Origin: a virus
Lineage: Duplodnaviria > Caudoviricetes
DNA length: 53,294 bases
Strand: one strand, 5' to 3'
IMG/VR virus record: IMGVR_UViG_3300009120_000072
Span: 1 to 53,294 of that record
The notes beneath the pieces were generated by a model. That model had not been told where the DNA came from. It ran no database searches and was given only the letters and a program-made list of their open reading frames with translations. Within the stretch, counting starts at the first letter, position 1; every line of letters starts with the position of its first letter. The position numbers were made by a program, and so were the translations under genes. Positions 18,661-29,480 of the stretch are shown here, in pieces.

Positions 18661-19920
18661 ATGGGACTGATTGACGGAATTAAAAGTTTATTAAAGAGTT
18701 CAAAACCAGCGGATTCAAGCTATGCCAATTTACTTAATGGATCATGGCCGATATTCTCACAATTTGGTCAGAACATCTATTCAAGTGATGTAGTCCAGCA
18801 AGCAATTAATTGCATAGCTACGGAAATAAGCAAGCTGCAACCTCGACACGTTCGATTTGCTGATGACATGCAAATTAATGTGAATAGCTCATTAAGCAAA
18901 TTGCTAAAGCGACAGCCGAATGAGCTGATGACTACCAGAGATTTTCTAGAAAAGATTACATGGCTTCTATTTTTGAATTACAACGTGTTCATCTATCCGA
19001 TGTATGACACAAAGATTGAACAGGATGGAACGATATCCAGAAATTATAAGGCATTGTATCCACTGCAACCGGATGTAGTTCAATTCCTACAAGATCAATC
19101 CGGCAAATTGTTTGTTGAAATGCAGTTCAAAAACGGAATGAAGTCAACATTGCCATATGATCGGCTGATTCACTGGCGATACCGGTATTCAGTCAATGAA
19201 TTTATGGGTGGTAATGAAAACGGTCAGCCAGACACAACCGCATTATTGAAAACAGTACAAATGAATCATTCATTGCTTGAATCGGTGTCTAAATCTCTTG
19301 AGTTTTCTATGAAAATTCATGGTTTGCTCAAGATAAACACCATGCTTGATGGCGATAAAATGAAGTCTGAAATTGAACGATTTGAAACTATGATTACCAA
19401 CAATAAAAGCTCCATTTTGCCTACAGATTTAAAATCAGAGTACGTTCCAATAAAGCCTGATCCGAAACTGGTTGATCCGGAAACGCTGATATTCATAGAT
19501 TCAAAGATACTTCGCCATTATGGTGTTTCACTTCCGATTTTAACCGGTGATTACACCGATGAACAGTACCAGGCGTTCTATGAAAAGACACTTGAGCCGC
19601 TTATCATATCGCTCGGACAAGCATTCACAAAAGACTTGTTCAGCGAACGTGAGAAGGATTTCAATAATGAAGTAATCTTCTATCCGAATAAGCTGCTCTT
19701 TACAAACACAGACAAGAAAGTGGCCATTGCTGACATTCTCGGCAATCGTGGCGCTTTGACTAATAACGAATTGCTTGAAATGTTTGGCTATCCGCCATAT
19801 CCGGATGGTAATGTGCGGCTGATGTCGCTCAACTATGTAGATGCAAAGATTGCAAATCAATACCAAATGCAAAAGGCAAAGGTTGAAGGAGGTGGCGAAA
19901 ATGCCAAAAACGAAAAATAG
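18661..19920 (+). CDS. HK97-type portal protein
   Basis: Position after TerL; PNELMT..DF motif; size. Confidence 0.9.
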   Translation: MGLIDGIKSLLKSSKPADSSYANLLNGSWPIFSQFGQNIYSSDVVQQAINCIATEISKLQPRHVRFADDMQINVNSSLSKLLKRQPNELMTTRDFLEKITWLLFLNYNVFIYPMYDTKIEQDGTISRNYKALYPLQPDVVQFLQDQSGKLFVEMQFKNGMKSTLPYDRLIHWRYRYSVNEFMGGNENGQPDTTALLKTVQMNHSLLESVSKSLEFSMKIHGLLKINTMLDGDKMKSEIERFETMITNNKSSILPTDLKSEYVPIKPDPKLVDPETLIFIDSKILRHYGVSLPILTGDYTDEQYQAFYEKTLEPLIISLGQAFTKDLFSEREKDFNNEVIFYPNKLLFTNTDKKVAIADILGNRGALTNNELLEMFGYPPYPDGNVRLMSLNYVDAKIANQYQMQKAKVEGGGENAKNEK

Positions 19921-20566
19921 CAACTTGCCAGAAGTGGACTTAATTGCTCGTGATCGCTTCTTCCAAGCGGAATTCAGAGCCGAAACTGTAGATGATGAGA
20001 AGCGTATTATTGGTCGACCGGCAGTGTATGGTCAGATGACGAATATCGCCGGACTGTTCTATGAAGTGATTGAACGTGGTGCATTTGACGGAACGGACTT
20101 CGATGATGTCCTTCTATTCATCAATCACAACATCGACAAAATACCGCTGGCACGAAGCCGCCGGAACAACGGAAACAGCACGATGAAAATTACAACTGAT
20201 GATGGCGGAATGGTAATGGATGCAGCTGTCGATACAGAGAACCATTACGAATCTAAAGCACTTTATTCAGCTGTAAATCGTGGTGATATCAAAGGCATGA
20301 GTTTGATGTTCAGGGTAAAAGAACAGAAGTGGGAAAATCTCGACACAGCAATGCCTACCAGAAGAATTCTTAAAGTCGCAAAAGTGTTCGAAGTAAGCGC
20401 TGTGAACTTTCCAGCTTACGATGGCACTGAAATAAATGCACGAGATGCGAGATCGTTGGATAACGATTTGAATGCGTTGGAAAACGCACGTGCCGCATTG
20501 GATAATGCGAACGCAGATGAAATTGAAGTATTAAGACTAAAAACCAAAATTTTAGGAGGTAACTAA
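19901..20566 (+). CDS. HK97-type prohead protease
   Basis: EVIERGAF, NH, GMSLMF, EVSAVNFPAY. Confidence 0.92.
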   Translation: MPKTKNSNLPEVDLIARDRFFQAEFRAETVDDEKRIIGRPAVYGQMTNIAGLFYEVIERGAFDGTDFDDVLLFINHNIDKIPLARSRRNNGNSTMKITTDDGGMVMDAAVDTENHYESKALYSAVNRGDIKGMSLMFRVKEQKWENLDTAMPTRRILKVAKVFEVSAVNFPAYDGTEINARDARSLDNDLNALENARAALDNANADEIEVLRLKTKILGGN

Positions 20567-20567
20567 C

Positions 20568-21803
20568 ATGAATATTTTGGAACAATTAAGAAAAATGATA
20601 TCCGACAAAGAAGCTCGGAAAGCCGAGCTTACTGCCAATGCTGCTAAATCGAATGATGTCACTGAACTTCGCTCGATTAATTCTGAACTTGAAAAAATGA
20701 ATGGTGAACTTGCTGAACTGCGTGGCATGCTAATCGCTGCCGAAGCAACCGAGCAAAGAGCAAATCCGAACAATCTGAATCCGGTTGCGACATACTTGCA
20801 AAACACGCAGGTTCAAACTCGCTCTGAAGCCACCGATCCGTTTGATACGATCGAATATCGCCAAGCTTTCATGAAGTTTGCTCAAACCGGTGCTTGGGAA
20901 CAACGTGCTGATGCTGTTACAACCACTTCTGATGGATCGAAGGTTATTCCGACAACCATCATGAAGGAAATCATCAAAGAATTGAAGGTTCGTGGACAAC
21001 TCTTCCAACGTGTCCGCAAATTGAATGTTCAGGGTGGTGTCCAATTCCCTATTCTTTCTCTCAAACCGGAAGCAACCTGGATCACTGAAACCGCTTCTTC
21101 TGAACGCAAGAAGGTACAAGCCAACACCGCAGTTTCTTTCAACTACTACGGACTGGAATGCAAAGTATCAACTTCACTGGTTGCCAGCATCACTACATTG
21201 CCAGCATTTGAAGAAACGATTCGTGATGTTATCGTTGAAGCCATGATGAAAGCATTGGATATCGCAATCGTCACAGGCGATGGCAGTGGCAAACCTTTAG
21301 GTGTCACCATTGACACACGTGTTGCAAGTGGTCAAAAAGTTACTGTTGATGAAGTAGATTTCTCTACTTGGACAGCCTGGAAGAAGAAAGTATTTGCTAA
21401 AATTCCTCTAGCTTATCGTTCCGGTGGACTTCTTCTGATGTCTGCTTCGACTTGGGAAGGTCAAATTGACGGTATGGTTGATGAGAATAAGCAACCGATC
21501 GCGCGTACCAATTACAATATCACTGATGCAATTCAAGAACGTTTTGCCGGTAGAGAAGTATTGTTGGTTGAACCGGATGTAGTTGCTGATTATGATACTG
21601 CAGCTGAAGGCGATATTGTTGCAATTTATATGCGGCCTTCTGATTATGCGGTCAACTCGAACTTGTCGATGAGCATGAAGCGTTACTTCGATGAGGATAA
21701 AAACGAGTGGGTTGACAAATGCATCCTGATTGCTGATGGCAAGTTGCTTGATCCGAAGGGTGTAATCATTGTTAAGAAAGGCGCAGCTCCAGCTGGAGCT
21801 TAA
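20568..21803 (+). CDS. Major capsid protein, HK97 fold with delta domain
   Basis: Coiled-coil N-terminus, VIPTTI, GDGSGKPLGV. Confidence 0.92.
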   Translation: MNILEQLRKMISDKEARKAELTANAAKSNDVTELRSINSELEKMNGELAELRGMLIAAEATEQRANPNNLNPVATYLQNTQVQTRSEATDPFDTIEYRQAFMKFAQTGAWEQRADAVTTTSDGSKVIPTTIMKEIIKELKVRGQLFQRVRKLNVQGGVQFPILSLKPEATWITETASSERKKVQANTAVSFNYYGLECKVSTSLVASITTLPAFEETIRDVIVEAMMKALDIAIVTGDGSGKPLGVTIDTRVASGQKVTVDEVDFSTWTAWKKKVFAKIPLAYRSGGLLLMSASTWEGQIDGMVDENKQPIARTNYNITDAIQERFAGREVLLVEPDVVADYDTAAEGDIVAIYMRPSDYAVNSNLSMSMKRYFDEDKNEWVDKCILIADGKLLDPKGVIIVKKGAAPAGA

Positions 21804-21822
21804 TCCAAAGGGGTGATAACAC

Positions 21823-22104
21823 ATGACAGGGGCAGAATTATTGATCAAAGTTAAGAAAGGTTTGGGGGTATCCGGATCATACCAGGATGATACGCTTCAG
21901 CTGCACATTGATGAAGTGAAAGCATTCATGAAGGATGCCGGAGTATCTCAAGCCACAATCGATAGTGATGCCTCTGTCGGTGTCATTATTCGAGGTGTAA
22001 CAGATCTTTGGAACTTGGGAAGTGGTGCTGCAAAATTCAGTGATCATTTCAATTACCGAGTGATTCAGCTAGCCGCAATTCCAAAGGTGACAACGAATGT
22101 ATAG
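21823..22104 (+). CDS. Head-tail connector (gp6-like)
   Basis: Position, size, VKKGLGV...DDTLQ. Confidence 0.8.
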   Translation: MTGAELLIKVKKGLGVSGSYQDDTLQLHIDEVKAFMKDAGVSQATIDSDASVGVIIRGVTDLWNLGSGAAKFSDHFNYRVIQLAAIPKVTTNV

Positions 22105-22447
22105 GCCAAAAGAAGCTGAACAAATGACAACGGTTGTCAAGCTGCAAAACAGAGTGACCACTAATGTCAGCGGCGCAAAAAATATCAGTTATGTAGATGC
22201 AGAAGATTCAATCCTTTATTGCAATTTCAAAACCTATGGCGGCAATGAATCGGTGGTCAACGGAAAGTTGGTCATCGATAACACCGCCACTGTAGTCACT
22301 TGGTTTCGACCAGATATCAAAGCATCCTGCCGGATTGTTCTATTGAGTGATGGTAGTTTGTGGGATATCATCAGCGATCCTGAAAACATCGAACAACGAA
22401 ATCAAATGTTGCGATTTAAAGTACGTAAAGTTACCGGTGGTGCGTAA
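22097..22447 (+). CDS. Head closure / head-tail adaptor
   Basis: Position and size. Confidence 0.75.
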   Translation: MYRPKEAEQMTTVVKLQNRVTTNVSGAKNISYVDAEDSILYCNFKTYGGNESVVNGKLVIDNTATVVTWFRPDIKASCRIVLLSDGSLWDIISDPENIEQRNQMLRFKVRKVTGGA

Positions 22448-22851
22448 TGGGAAAAAACTCAATGAAACTAGATCTGAAGGGTTTGGAAGAGATGCTTGAA
22501 AGAATTAAAAGAGCTGGCGGAAACATTGAACAAGCGGCTGAAAAAGCACTAAAAGAAAGTGCAGAGCCTTTCTATGATGATTTGCAAGCAGGAATAAAAG
22601 AGCATCATGATACCGGAGATACTGAACTATCATTACGGACTACAAATGTTAAGTGGGAAGGAAATGTTGCAACATTAAAAGTTGGATTTGACATGAAAAA
22701 AGGCGGGTTACCTGCGTTATTTATTGAGTACGGTACACCGAAGCAAAAGCCAAGACCATTCATCCGACCGGCGATCACCAGGAACAAACCGAAAGCTAGA
22801 AAGATTCAGCAGAAAGTGTTGTCTGATATTCTAAAGGAGCTTGAAAAATGA
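22447..22851 (+). CDS. HK97 gp10-like tail completion protein
   Basis: FIEYGTPKQKPRPFIRPA. Confidence 0.85.
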   Translation: MGKNSMKLDLKGLEEMLERIKRAGGNIEQAAEKALKESAEPFYDDLQAGIKEHHDTGDTELSLRTTNVKWEGNVATLKVGFDMKKGGLPALFIEYGTPKQKPRPFIRPAITRNKPKARKIQQKVLSDILKELEK

Positions 22852-23207
22852 ACGTAAGAGATGTCTTGATCGAAGCGCTCGAACCATTGAAGACAGAGGG
22901 ATATGAAGTATCATTGCAGGGTTCTTATGGCGAAAATGAACCGCTTCCGGAATCTTTTATCACATATTTCATCGTAGATTCAAACGATCGTTCATTCTAT
23001 GATGATAGTCCTAAATTGTCCGACTACAGAATACAAATTGTGTTCTACTCCAAAAAAGTTGAATTGATCAAAACCATACCAGATTTGATTTACCAGCATT
23101 TAAAAGCCGCCGGATTTGTCAGGACTGGAAAAGGTCGAGATATATCTTACAATGTCGAGCATTACGCTTGGCAAATCGATTACCTATTCACAGAAAGGAA
23201 TGAGTAA
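22848..23207 (+). CDS. Tail terminator protein
   Basis: Position before the major tail gene; LKAAGF motif. Confidence 0.7.
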   Translation: MNVRDVLIEALEPLKTEGYEVSLQGSYGENEPLPESFITYFIVDSNDRSFYDDSPKLSDYRIQIVFYSKKVELIKTIPDLIYQHLKAAGFVRTGKGRDISYNVEHYAWQIDYLFTERNE

Positions 23208-23209
23208 AC

Positions 23210-23833
23210 ATGCCTGAAACTTACAAATACGAAGAATACCAGGGGTTTGACAAGTTGTATTATGCGGAAATCACCAAAGATGATGCAACCGGATATACAG
23301 CTGGAACACCGGCAATTTTAGCGCCAGCTGGCGAAATCTCAATCGCTACTGAAAGAGCATCGGCGGTCAAATATTACGATAACAAGCCTTTTTTGAGCTT
23401 ATCAGCAGAAGGGGCAGATTCGATTAACCTGACTGTACCGATTCTACCGGTTTCATTGCTTGGCAAACTACTTGGAAAGCAAGTAGATCCTACCACCGGA
23501 GCATTGATTGACAGTGGAGGAATTACCACTAAATACTTTGCGATCGGATACCGATTGCGCTTTACTGATTCAACATATCGCTATGTTTGGCGCTTAAAAG
23601 GCACATTCAGAACGGAAGATGAAGAAGCGAAGTCCAAAGACAACACTACCGATACCAACAACATGCAGCTGATCTTCACTGGCATCGCAACCAACTTTGA
23701 ATTCGATATGCCGGATAGCACCAAAGCACCTGGCAAGCAGATCGTAGTTGATGCACGTGATGGTTTGGCTGATGTAACCAACTGGTTCACTAATGTAGTC
23801 ACACCGGAAAATGTAACTCCGGTAACACCGTAG
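23210..23833 (+). CDS. Major tail tube protein
   Basis: YYDN, YFAIGYR, YRYVWRLKG. Confidence 0.88.
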   Translation: MPETYKYEEYQGFDKLYYAEITKDDATGYTAGTPAILAPAGEISIATERASAVKYYDNKPFLSLSAEGADSINLTVPILPVSLLGKLLGKQVDPTTGALIDSGGITTKYFAIGYRLRFTDSTYRYVWRLKGTFRTEDEEAKSKDNTTDTNNMQLIFTGIATNFEFDMPDSTKAPGKQIVVDARDGLADVTNWFTNVVTPENVTPVTP

Positions 23834-23846
23834 AAGGAGCTAATTT

Positions 23847-24143
23847 ATGAAGGCAACAATAAATTTGAAGATTTATGATGAGAATGATGGTGTAATTGCA
23901 GAATTTGAAACATCACGTGTTAGATGGGGATATTTGCATGATGTAATCGAACTATCTGAAAAAATCGAAGGGCAAAGCGCTATAGAGCAATTTGATTCGA
24001 TGGGCAAAATGGTACAATTGCTGTTCCCGAAATTGACGGATGAATTACTTCGGCAAGCAGACTACATCGATGTGAAAAACTGCTTTGAACAAATCAAAAA
24101 CATTGCCAAACAAATTGAGGTTGCCGACTCAAAAAACGTGTAA
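23847..24143 (+). CDS. Tail assembly chaperone (G)
   Basis: Between major tail and tape measure genes; ends at a slippery site. Confidence 0.8.
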   Translation: MKATINLKIYDENDGVIAEFETSRVRWGYLHDVIELSEKIEGQSAIEQFDSMGKMVQLLFPKLTDELLRQADYIDVKNCFEQIKNIAKQIEVADSKNV

Positions 24144-24174
24144 GTGGAGTAGCTGATCAACCGGCTGCTCCACT
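24131..24174 (+). other. Programmed -1 frameshift signal
   Basis: A AAA AAC at 24131-24137, 5-nt spacer, stem-loop AGTGGAGTAGCTG..CGGCTGCTCCACT; -1 frame open into 24179-24376. Confidence 0.85.
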
Positions 24175-24376
24175 ATCAATGATAATGTTTGATTTGATTA
24201 TTACATTATGTGGTGCATTCCCTTCGCTCAATCCTTTCACGATCAGGGATGCCGAAGCGGATGAAGTGATATGGTTGATAAACAAAATGATTGAAAAAGG
24301 TCGCATGGTGGAAGCACCGTCTAAACCTACAAAGCAAAGAAAAAGAGTATATGCTGATGAAGTGAACTGGTGCTAA
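24137..24376 (+). CDS. Tail assembly chaperone frameshift extension (GT)
   Basis: -1 frame continuous from the slippery site to the stop at 24376. Confidence 0.75.
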   Translation, partial: RVSGVADQPAAPLSMIMFDLIITLCGAFPSLNPFTIRDAEADEVIWLINKMIEKGRMVEAPSKPTKQRKRVYADEVNWC

Positions 24377-24394
24377 TGAAGGCAGGTGATGATT

Positions 24395-26341
24395 ATGTCA
24401 GAAAACATCGGCGGTAAATGGACACTTGACATTACTGATCTTAAAACCGGTATTACAGAAGCGAATCGTTTGATTCGTGTTGCTGATTCTGAATTCAAAG
24501 CAGCAGCGGCCGGTATGGGCGATTGGAGTAAAAATGCCGATGGTTTATCCGCTAAAATCAAATCATTGAATACGATCGTGGATGTCCAAGAGCAGAAGGT
24601 AAGCGCTCTTAAAGAAGAATACAAAAAAGTTGCAGCTGAAAAAGGCGAAAACTCGAAGGCTGCTCAAGATTTAGAAGTGAAGATCAACAACGAAACTGCA
24701 TCGCTGAATAAAAACAAGCGTGAGCTTGAAACAACCACAGAAGCGTTAAATAATTTAGGAAAAGAAACAACAGATACCGGCAAGAAGCAAGAAGAGCTGA
24801 AAAAGAAAACAGAAGAACTGACTGAAAAGGTCAATGACTTTGCTAAAAAAGCGCTTGTTGCTGTTACTGCAGCAGCCGCAGCTGCTGGAGCTGCTATATT
24901 GAAGTTGGCCAGTGATGCTGGTAAATTTGCCGATGATCTAATCACTATGTCAAACAAAACCGGCATATCGGTTCAACAATTGCAGGAGTTGGATTATGCG
25001 GCTCGATTCGTGGATGTATCCGTTGAAACAATGGCCGGATCCATGAACAAGCTGACAAGAACAATGGATCAAGCCAGGGAAAGCACAGCCAAAGGCGGTA
25101 AAAACCTAAATGATCAGGCAAAAGCCTACAAAGAACTTGGTGTCGAAATTACCAATGCCGATGGAACGCTGCGAAATAACAAAGACGTATTCTATGAAGT
25201 CATTGATGCACTCGGTCAAATGACCAACGAAACCGAACGTGATGCAATTGCCATGACTTTGTTCGGCAAATCCGCAACGGAATTGAATCCACTAATTAAA
25301 GCTGGATCGACCGAATTAAACCGCTTGGCCAAAGAAGCACACCAGGTCGGTGCTGTGGTCGGTGATGATGCAGTAACTGCACTTGGACAATTTGATGACA
25401 ACATGAACATCTTGAAAGCATCAACCGAAGGATTATCCAGGCAAGCGTTGGCCGAATTGATGCCATACATCAATGATTTAGTTAATTCTCTCAAAGAAAA
25501 TATGCCAGCGATTATTGAAGGCATCAAAGGATTTATTGATTTTGTGATAGAGAATTCTCCGAATATGATTGGTTTAGTTGGTGGAATTGCAGCTGGATTG
25601 TTGGCATGGAACGTTGTCACGATGGTTCAGGGTTTGGTCGGTGCTGTTAAAGCATGGACTGTTGCAACCGAAGGAATGACAATTGCTCAAAAACTATTGA
25701 ACATTGTCATGGCAGCGAATCCGATCGGTTTGATTATCACGCTGATTGCAGCGCTGATCGGTTGGTTTGTTACCATGATGGCAACGAATGAAGAGTTCAG
25801 AAACAAAGTCATTAAAGTTTGGAATGATGCCTGGGCAAAGATTAAAGAGGTTGGCGAAAACATCAAGAAATTCTTTACAGAAACGATTCCGGATGCACTC
25901 GATAACATTGGTGATTTTTTCAAAGATGTTGGTAAATGGATTGTTGAAGGAGTATGGAGCGGTATCAAAAACATGAGCAAATGGCTTGGTGATAAGGTCG
26001 GTGGATTCTTCGGTGGAATCGTTGATGGTGTCAAAGACTTTCTTGGCATCAAATCGCCATCTAAAGTATTTGCCGGTATCGGTGAGAACATGGCTCTTGG
26101 TTTGGGTGCTGGATTCTCTGATGAAATGAAAAGCATCAATAAAGACATTCAGAACGCAATTCCTACATCGATAGGCACAAACATAGGGGTTGGTTCAATC
26201 AATGCTTCTGGCTCGGTTGCAAGTGGCTCAAATTTGAGTTTTACACAGAATATCTATTCACCGAAAGCTCTGACACCATATGAAGTGTACCGTCAAACCA
26301 AGAATGCAAGTCAGCTATTGGCTTCAGGGGTGATTCGATGA
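24395..26341 (+). CDS. Tape measure protein
   Basis: Long Ala-rich helical protein; AANPIGLII, LGIKSPSKVF. Confidence 0.93.
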   Translation: MSENIGGKWTLDITDLKTGITEANRLIRVADSEFKAAAAGMGDWSKNADGLSAKIKSLNTIVDVQEQKVSALKEEYKKVAAEKGENSKAAQDLEVKINNETASLNKNKRELETTTEALNNLGKETTDTGKKQEELKKKTEELTEKVNDFAKKALVAVTAAAAAAGAAILKLASDAGKFADDLITMSNKTGISVQQLQELDYAARFVDVSVETMAGSMNKLTRTMDQARESTAKGGKNLNDQAKAYKELGVEITNADGTLRNNKDVFYEVIDALGQMTNETERDAIAMTLFGKSATELNPLIKAGSTELNRLAKEAHQVGAVVGDDAVTALGQFDDNMNILKASTEGLSRQALAELMPYINDLVNSLKENMPAIIEGIKGFIDFVIENSPNMIGLVGGIAAGLLAWNVVTMVQGLVGAVKAWTVATEGMTIAQKLLNIVMAANPIGLIITLIAALIGWFVTMMATNEEFRNKVIKVWNDAWAKIKEVGENIKKFFTETIPDALDNIGDFFKDVGKWIVEGVWSGIKNMSKWLGDKVGGFFGGIVDGVKDFLGIKSPSKVFAGIGENMALGLGAGFSDEMKSINKDIQNAIPTSIGTNIGVGSINASGSVASGSNLSFTQNIYSPKALTPYEVYRQTKNASQLLASGVIR

Positions 26342-27186
26342 AACATATTAAGTTTGAAAATGATCGTGGATCATCGCTAATTATTGGCGATGATTCTGAT
26401 TATGCACTCATCAATATCACCGGAATAAGTCCACCAACCGCAAACATCAGCACCAGCAAGATTGCCGGATTTGATGGTACTACGTTCATCAATTCGAGTG
26501 TGAATCAACGAAACATCACATTGACATTGCAGCTGCGTGGCAATATTGAAGCGAATCGTTTAAAACTTTATGACATCTTCAAAATCAAGCGCAAAGGAAC
26601 GTTCAATTATACAAGTGACTTGATCAACGCAAAGATTGATGCCTATGTTGAAAACGTAGAAGCACCGCCTATGGATTGGCCGGTGAAGGCATTTATATCG
26701 TTGCTGTGTCCTCAGCCATACTTTGAAGCTTTGGATGACATTGTAACTGACATCACATCGATTCAGTACAGTTTGGAATATCCGCTTGAGCTTCTGCAAA
26801 TAGGTATTGAGTTAGGCTCATTACAGACATCTGAACCGGTTAACGTGATTAATCCAGGCGATATACCGATCGGAATGATTATTCGTTGTCGAGCTACCGG
26901 TGCAGTTGTTAATCCGAAGCTGGTCAACACACAAACGCTGGAGTTCATCGAATTGAATACAACGATGGAATCCGGCGATATTATCACGATCAACACCGAA
27001 GTAGGCAATAAACGGATCGAGCGAAACAGAAATGGAACAATCACAAACCTGTTCAATTCACTAGTAGTCGGTTCATCCTTCCTGCAGCTGACAGAAGGCG
27101 ATAACGTATTATTCGGATCAGCGCAAAGCGGATCAAATGCATTGTTTATCGAGGTGCAGTATCGAGCAAAGTACAGTGGGGTGTAA
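26338..27186 (+). CDS. Distal tail protein (Dit)
   Basis: Follows the tape measure gene; RNITL, CPQPYF, NPGD, LTEGDN. Confidence 0.85.
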   Translation: MKHIKFENDRGSSLIIGDDSDYALINITGISPPTANISTSKIAGFDGTTFINSSVNQRNITLTLQLRGNIEANRLKLYDIFKIKRKGTFNYTSDLINAKIDAYVENVEAPPMDWPVKAFISLLCPQPYFEALDDIVTDITSIQYSLEYPLELLQIGIELGSLQTSEPVNVINPGDIPIGMIIRCRATGAVVNPKLVNTQTLEFIELNTTMESGDIITINTEVGNKRIERNRNGTITNLFNSLVVGSSFLQLTEGDNVLFGSAQSGSNALFIEVQYRAKYSGV

Positions 27187-27188
27187 TT

Positions 27189-28997
27189 ATGCAACTTTAT
27201 GTTTATAACCATGATCTGGAACTGGTCGGTATTGTCGATACAGCAATATCCATCATATGGCATCGCCGGTATTATACTGCTGGTAATTTTGAAGTTATAA
27301 CACCGGCCACCGACATCACAATTGATTTGATTCAAAAGCAGTACATTCTTACCAAACCTGATTCAGTCGAGTGTGGAATCATTGAAAGTGTGACCATTGA
27401 GCAGACAGAAGAAGGTGAATTTATTAAAGCTATCGGTCGGTTTGGTTCATCGATTCTAGCAAGAAGAATTGTGTTTGCAACCACAACGATTAGTGATACG
27501 GTGGAAAACGCAATGCGTCAGTTGGTTTATGAAAATGCAATTAATCCGGACAATGCCGATCGTATCATCCCAAATCTTGAACTTGGCACATTAAACAGCT
27601 TCACAGAAACAGTTCAGTTCCAGGTATCTTATCGTAATTTACTGAACACGCTGACTGGCTTGGCTCAAACAAGTGCGATCGGCTATCGTGTCCGGCTTGA
27701 TCCAGTGGCTGAAAAGTTGATGTTTGATACATACAAAGCGCTGGATCGTTCAATCGCACAAAGCACAAATCCGAGGGTTATCTTCAGTAACGATTATGAT
27801 AATTTACTTGCATCACTATATCAAACCAGTGACATGGAAATATCCAATGTTGCACTGGTTGGCGGTGAAGGTGAAGGTGTCGATCGTAAAATGGTGATTG
27901 TAGGAAGCGAATCCGGTATTGATCGATATGAAGTGTTTGTAAATGCGAAAGATGTCAGGATGGAAGATGGCATAACAGAGCCTGAATACTTCGCAATGTT
28001 GGCGCAGAAAGGCGCTGAATCACTGCTTCCAAGAGTAGAATACTTCGAAGGTAATGTGCGAGCTGAAAGCAATGTTATTTATAAACATGATTATGATCTT
28101 GGCGATATCGTTACGATCGAAAACTCAAAATGGGGAAAGCGGATCAATGTGCAAATCACCGAAATTACTGAGGTTTATGATGAAAACGGTTCACAAGTAA
28201 TTCCAGTGTTTGGACAAGCTTCACAGACATTATCCGAAGCTTTATCCGGAAAGGAAGATACATCCGGATCTGGCGGTAGTGGAAGCGAAATTGTAGTAAC
28301 TGCGAATAGAGCGCTTGTTTCTGATGCAACAGGGAAAATGGCTGCAAGTGCTGTAACGGATACTGAACTAGGCCATTTAACTGGAGTTTCATCCAACATT
28401 CAAACCCAATTGAACGGGAAAGCCACTTCATCGCATACACACACAGCATCTCAAATAACCGATTTTTTAAATAAAGTGTATCCGATTGGCGCTATCTATA
28501 TGTCGGTGGTTAACACTTCACCGGCAACGCTGTTTGGTGGAACATGGTCAGCCTTTGGTGCTGGAAGAACGTTAGTAGGCTTTGATTCCGGACAAACGGA
28601 ATTCAACGCATCTGAAAAGACTGGTGGTGCGAAAACGCATGTATTGACTGAAAGTGAAATGCCATCGCATACACACGTTCAGAACAGCCACAATCATACG
28701 CAGAATGCTCACAGTCATGGAGCATCAACTGATACTACCGGCGCTCATACGCATGGTGTTAGATATGACTTTGACGGTGGAAGCGGAACAAATCGCTATA
28801 CCGTTGATATTCTAAACACACCATACGGAACAACGCAAACTGGTAGCTCCGGTGATCATAGTCATGTTGTCACCATTAATAACGCAACAGCAATCAATCA
28901 GGCTTCAACAGCAACCAATCAAAATACCGGTGGCGGTGGAGCGCATAACAATCTACAACCGTACATCACTGTATACATGTGGAAACGGACTGCTTAA
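27189..28997 (+). CDS. Gp37-like baseplate hub/Tal fused to a fibre-type C-terminal domain
   Basis: N-terminal WHRRYY..G.FE, VGGEGEG, DYDLGDIV; GS linker; C-terminal YPIGAIYMS...His repeats...HNNLQPYITVYMWKRTA. Confidence 0.82.
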   Translation: MQLYVYNHDLELVGIVDTAISIIWHRRYYTAGNFEVITPATDITIDLIQKQYILTKPDSVECGIIESVTIEQTEEGEFIKAIGRFGSSILARRIVFATTTISDTVENAMRQLVYENAINPDNADRIIPNLELGTLNSFTETVQFQVSYRNLLNTLTGLAQTSAIGYRVRLDPVAEKLMFDTYKALDRSIAQSTNPRVIFSNDYDNLLASLYQTSDMEISNVALVGGEGEGVDRKMVIVGSESGIDRYEVFVNAKDVRMEDGITEPEYFAMLAQKGAESLLPRVEYFEGNVRAESNVIYKHDYDLGDIVTIENSKWGKRINVQITEITEVYDENGSQVIPVFGQASQTLSEALSGKEDTSGSGGSGSEIVVTANRALVSDATGKMAASAVTDTELGHLTGVSSNIQTQLNGKATSSHTHTASQITDFLNKVYPIGAIYMSVVNTSPATLFGGTWSAFGAGRTLVGFDSGQTEFNASEKTGGAKTHVLTESEMPSHTHVQNSHNHTQNAHSHGASTDTTGAHTHGVRYDFDGGSGTNRYTVDILNTPYGTTQTGSSGDHSHVVTINNATAINQASTATNQNTGGGGAHNNLQPYITVYMWKRTA

Positions 28998-29099
28998 TTT
29001 ATAGTCTGTAGGGCGAAATAAAACCAAATAGAGTTCAATGTATTAAATTACGGTGGGTGGAGGGTTGCAATACTTTTACTAAAAGAAAGAGGTAAACTT

Positions 29100-29453
29100 A
29101 TGGCAAGTGAAATCATGGTGGCCGGAAAGAATCTGATGCTCAATGCATTAGCCGGATCAGCTCTTTATATGGCACTTTATACAGATGTAGATGGAACAAC
29201 AGAAGTTAGCGGTGGAGGTTACACGCGAAAATCAGTGTCTTGGGCAGCGGCAAGCAGTGGTCAGCTCGTAACAAGTGCAGATGTATTATTTGATATCCCA
29301 GCAGGAGCAACGGTTCGCAAAATCGCTGTGCTTAGCGCTGTTAGTGGAGGAACTAAATACGCGCATATTGATCCAAGTAACATCGAAACATGGATAGGTG
29401 CAGGAACAAGCAAAGTACCGGCAGGAACAGGGTTTGTTTTAAATCTTCCATGA
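29100..29453 (+). CDS. Small tail/fibre-associated protein
   Basis: ALYT..TEVSGGGYTR..V.W motif; tail module. Confidence 0.65.
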   Translation: MASEIMVAGKNLMLNALAGSALYMALYTDVDGTTEVSGGGYTRKSVSWAAASSGQLVTSADVLFDIPAGATVRKIAVLSAVSGGTKYAHIDPSNIETWIGAGTSKVPAGTGFVLNLP

Positions 29454-29480
29454 TAACTCCGATAGAAAGGAGTTAAGTTT

